DNA of 7,252 nt, taken from the NCBI RefSeq assembly GCF_006345805.1, contig NW_021828921.1, forward strand, positions 1 through 7,252. Reading direction: 5' to 3'. The translations under genes were made by a program, and so were the position numbers. The first letter of the stretch is position 1; each line of letters opens with the position of its first letter. Positions 6,443-7,252 of this stretch are shown here, in pieces. The notes under the pieces are model-generated. The model searched no databases. It was not told the DNA's origin and saw nothing but the letters and a program-made list of their open reading frames with translations. This DNA is from Octopus sinensis (taxonomy: Eukaryota).

Positions 6443-6479
6443 ATGATGATGATGATGATGATAATGACGACGATGATGA
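6316..6479. repeat. Compound (GAT)n/(GAC)n/(AAT) trinucleotide array
   Basis: Read directly; the register shifts near 6441. Confidence 0.95.
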
Positions 6480-6568
6480 AACATTAGAAATCACGTATTG
6501 GAGACAACGGAGGTAATTACTGTATGGATGTATGTTGTTGTCTGTAGTTTCACTTCTGGCCTGAGTAG

Positions 6569-6878
6569 ATATATATCCATATACATACATACATGTATGT
6601 ATGTATGTATGTATGTATGTATGTATATATACATATATACATACATATATATATATACATATATACATATATATACATACATATACATAATACATACATA
6701 CATACAAACATATATATATATAATATATATATTATATATATATATATAATAACATACATTATATATATACATACATATACATAATACATACACATATATA
6801 TATATGTATATATATGTATATATATATATGTATATATATATGTATGTATATATGTATATATATATATATGTATATATG

Positions 6879-6939
<61 letters not shown>

Positions 6940-6977
6940 AATGTATATATATATATGTATGTATATATATATATATA
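6569..6977. repeat. Large compound (TA)n/(TACA)n/(TATG)n microsatellite
   Basis: Read directly. Confidence 0.97.
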
Positions 6978-7252
6978 ATCTGCACACATGTTTGTGTGTA
7001 TTGGGTGTATGTACATTGATATATGTAATGTGTGTGTATCTATATTTACGTAATTGTGTTGATGATCGTATAGCAAGCTATAGGGTACATTTCGTGATAA
7101 AGCAGATAGACTAATTTGTCTGGCTCCAGTTTCTATGAGTTACGCACGCGTATTGGTGTTCGGTTTCCCTATTCTTCCTTTCCTTTTTTTTTCCCCCTGT
7201 TTGTGTTACGATGTCATCTATTTAATGAGTTAATGCTCAGATTTCTGTATAC

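Noticed and set aside
6050-6487. Poly-Asp/poly-Met and poly-His/poly-Ile ORFs
   Set aside because: Products of the (GAT)n array. The repeat register shifts mid-array and the flanks are simple repeats.

Overview
AT-rich eukaryotic non-coding DNA, about one-fifth microsatellite, with no intact protein-coding gene. The SINE types suggest an octopus or other cephalopod genome (inferred from recalled family features, not a database search). It is a patchwork of retroelement and transposon relics. These include one full and one head-only copy of a tRNA-derived SINE (family A) and seven copies or fragments of a second one (family B), five of them head-to-tail at 3004-3644. There is also the C-terminal end of an R4/Dong-type non-LTR ORF, a decayed Penelope-like GIY-YIG endonuclease, and an internally deleted DD37D (maT-type) Tc1/mariner transposase with only its right TIR. 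The most interesting signals are RNA-structural. Two minimal type I hammerhead-ribozyme-like motifs lie on the minus strand (4184-4219, 4880-4937), each with a palindromic stem III, plus fainter relics elsewhere. A 137-bp imperfect palindrome (5040-5176) sits about 100 bp from the second hammerhead. Together these may be a non-autonomous, ribozyme-bearing Penelope-related element. All cores carry substitutions, so these copies may be inactive. Most ORFs in the supplied track are microsatellite artefacts.
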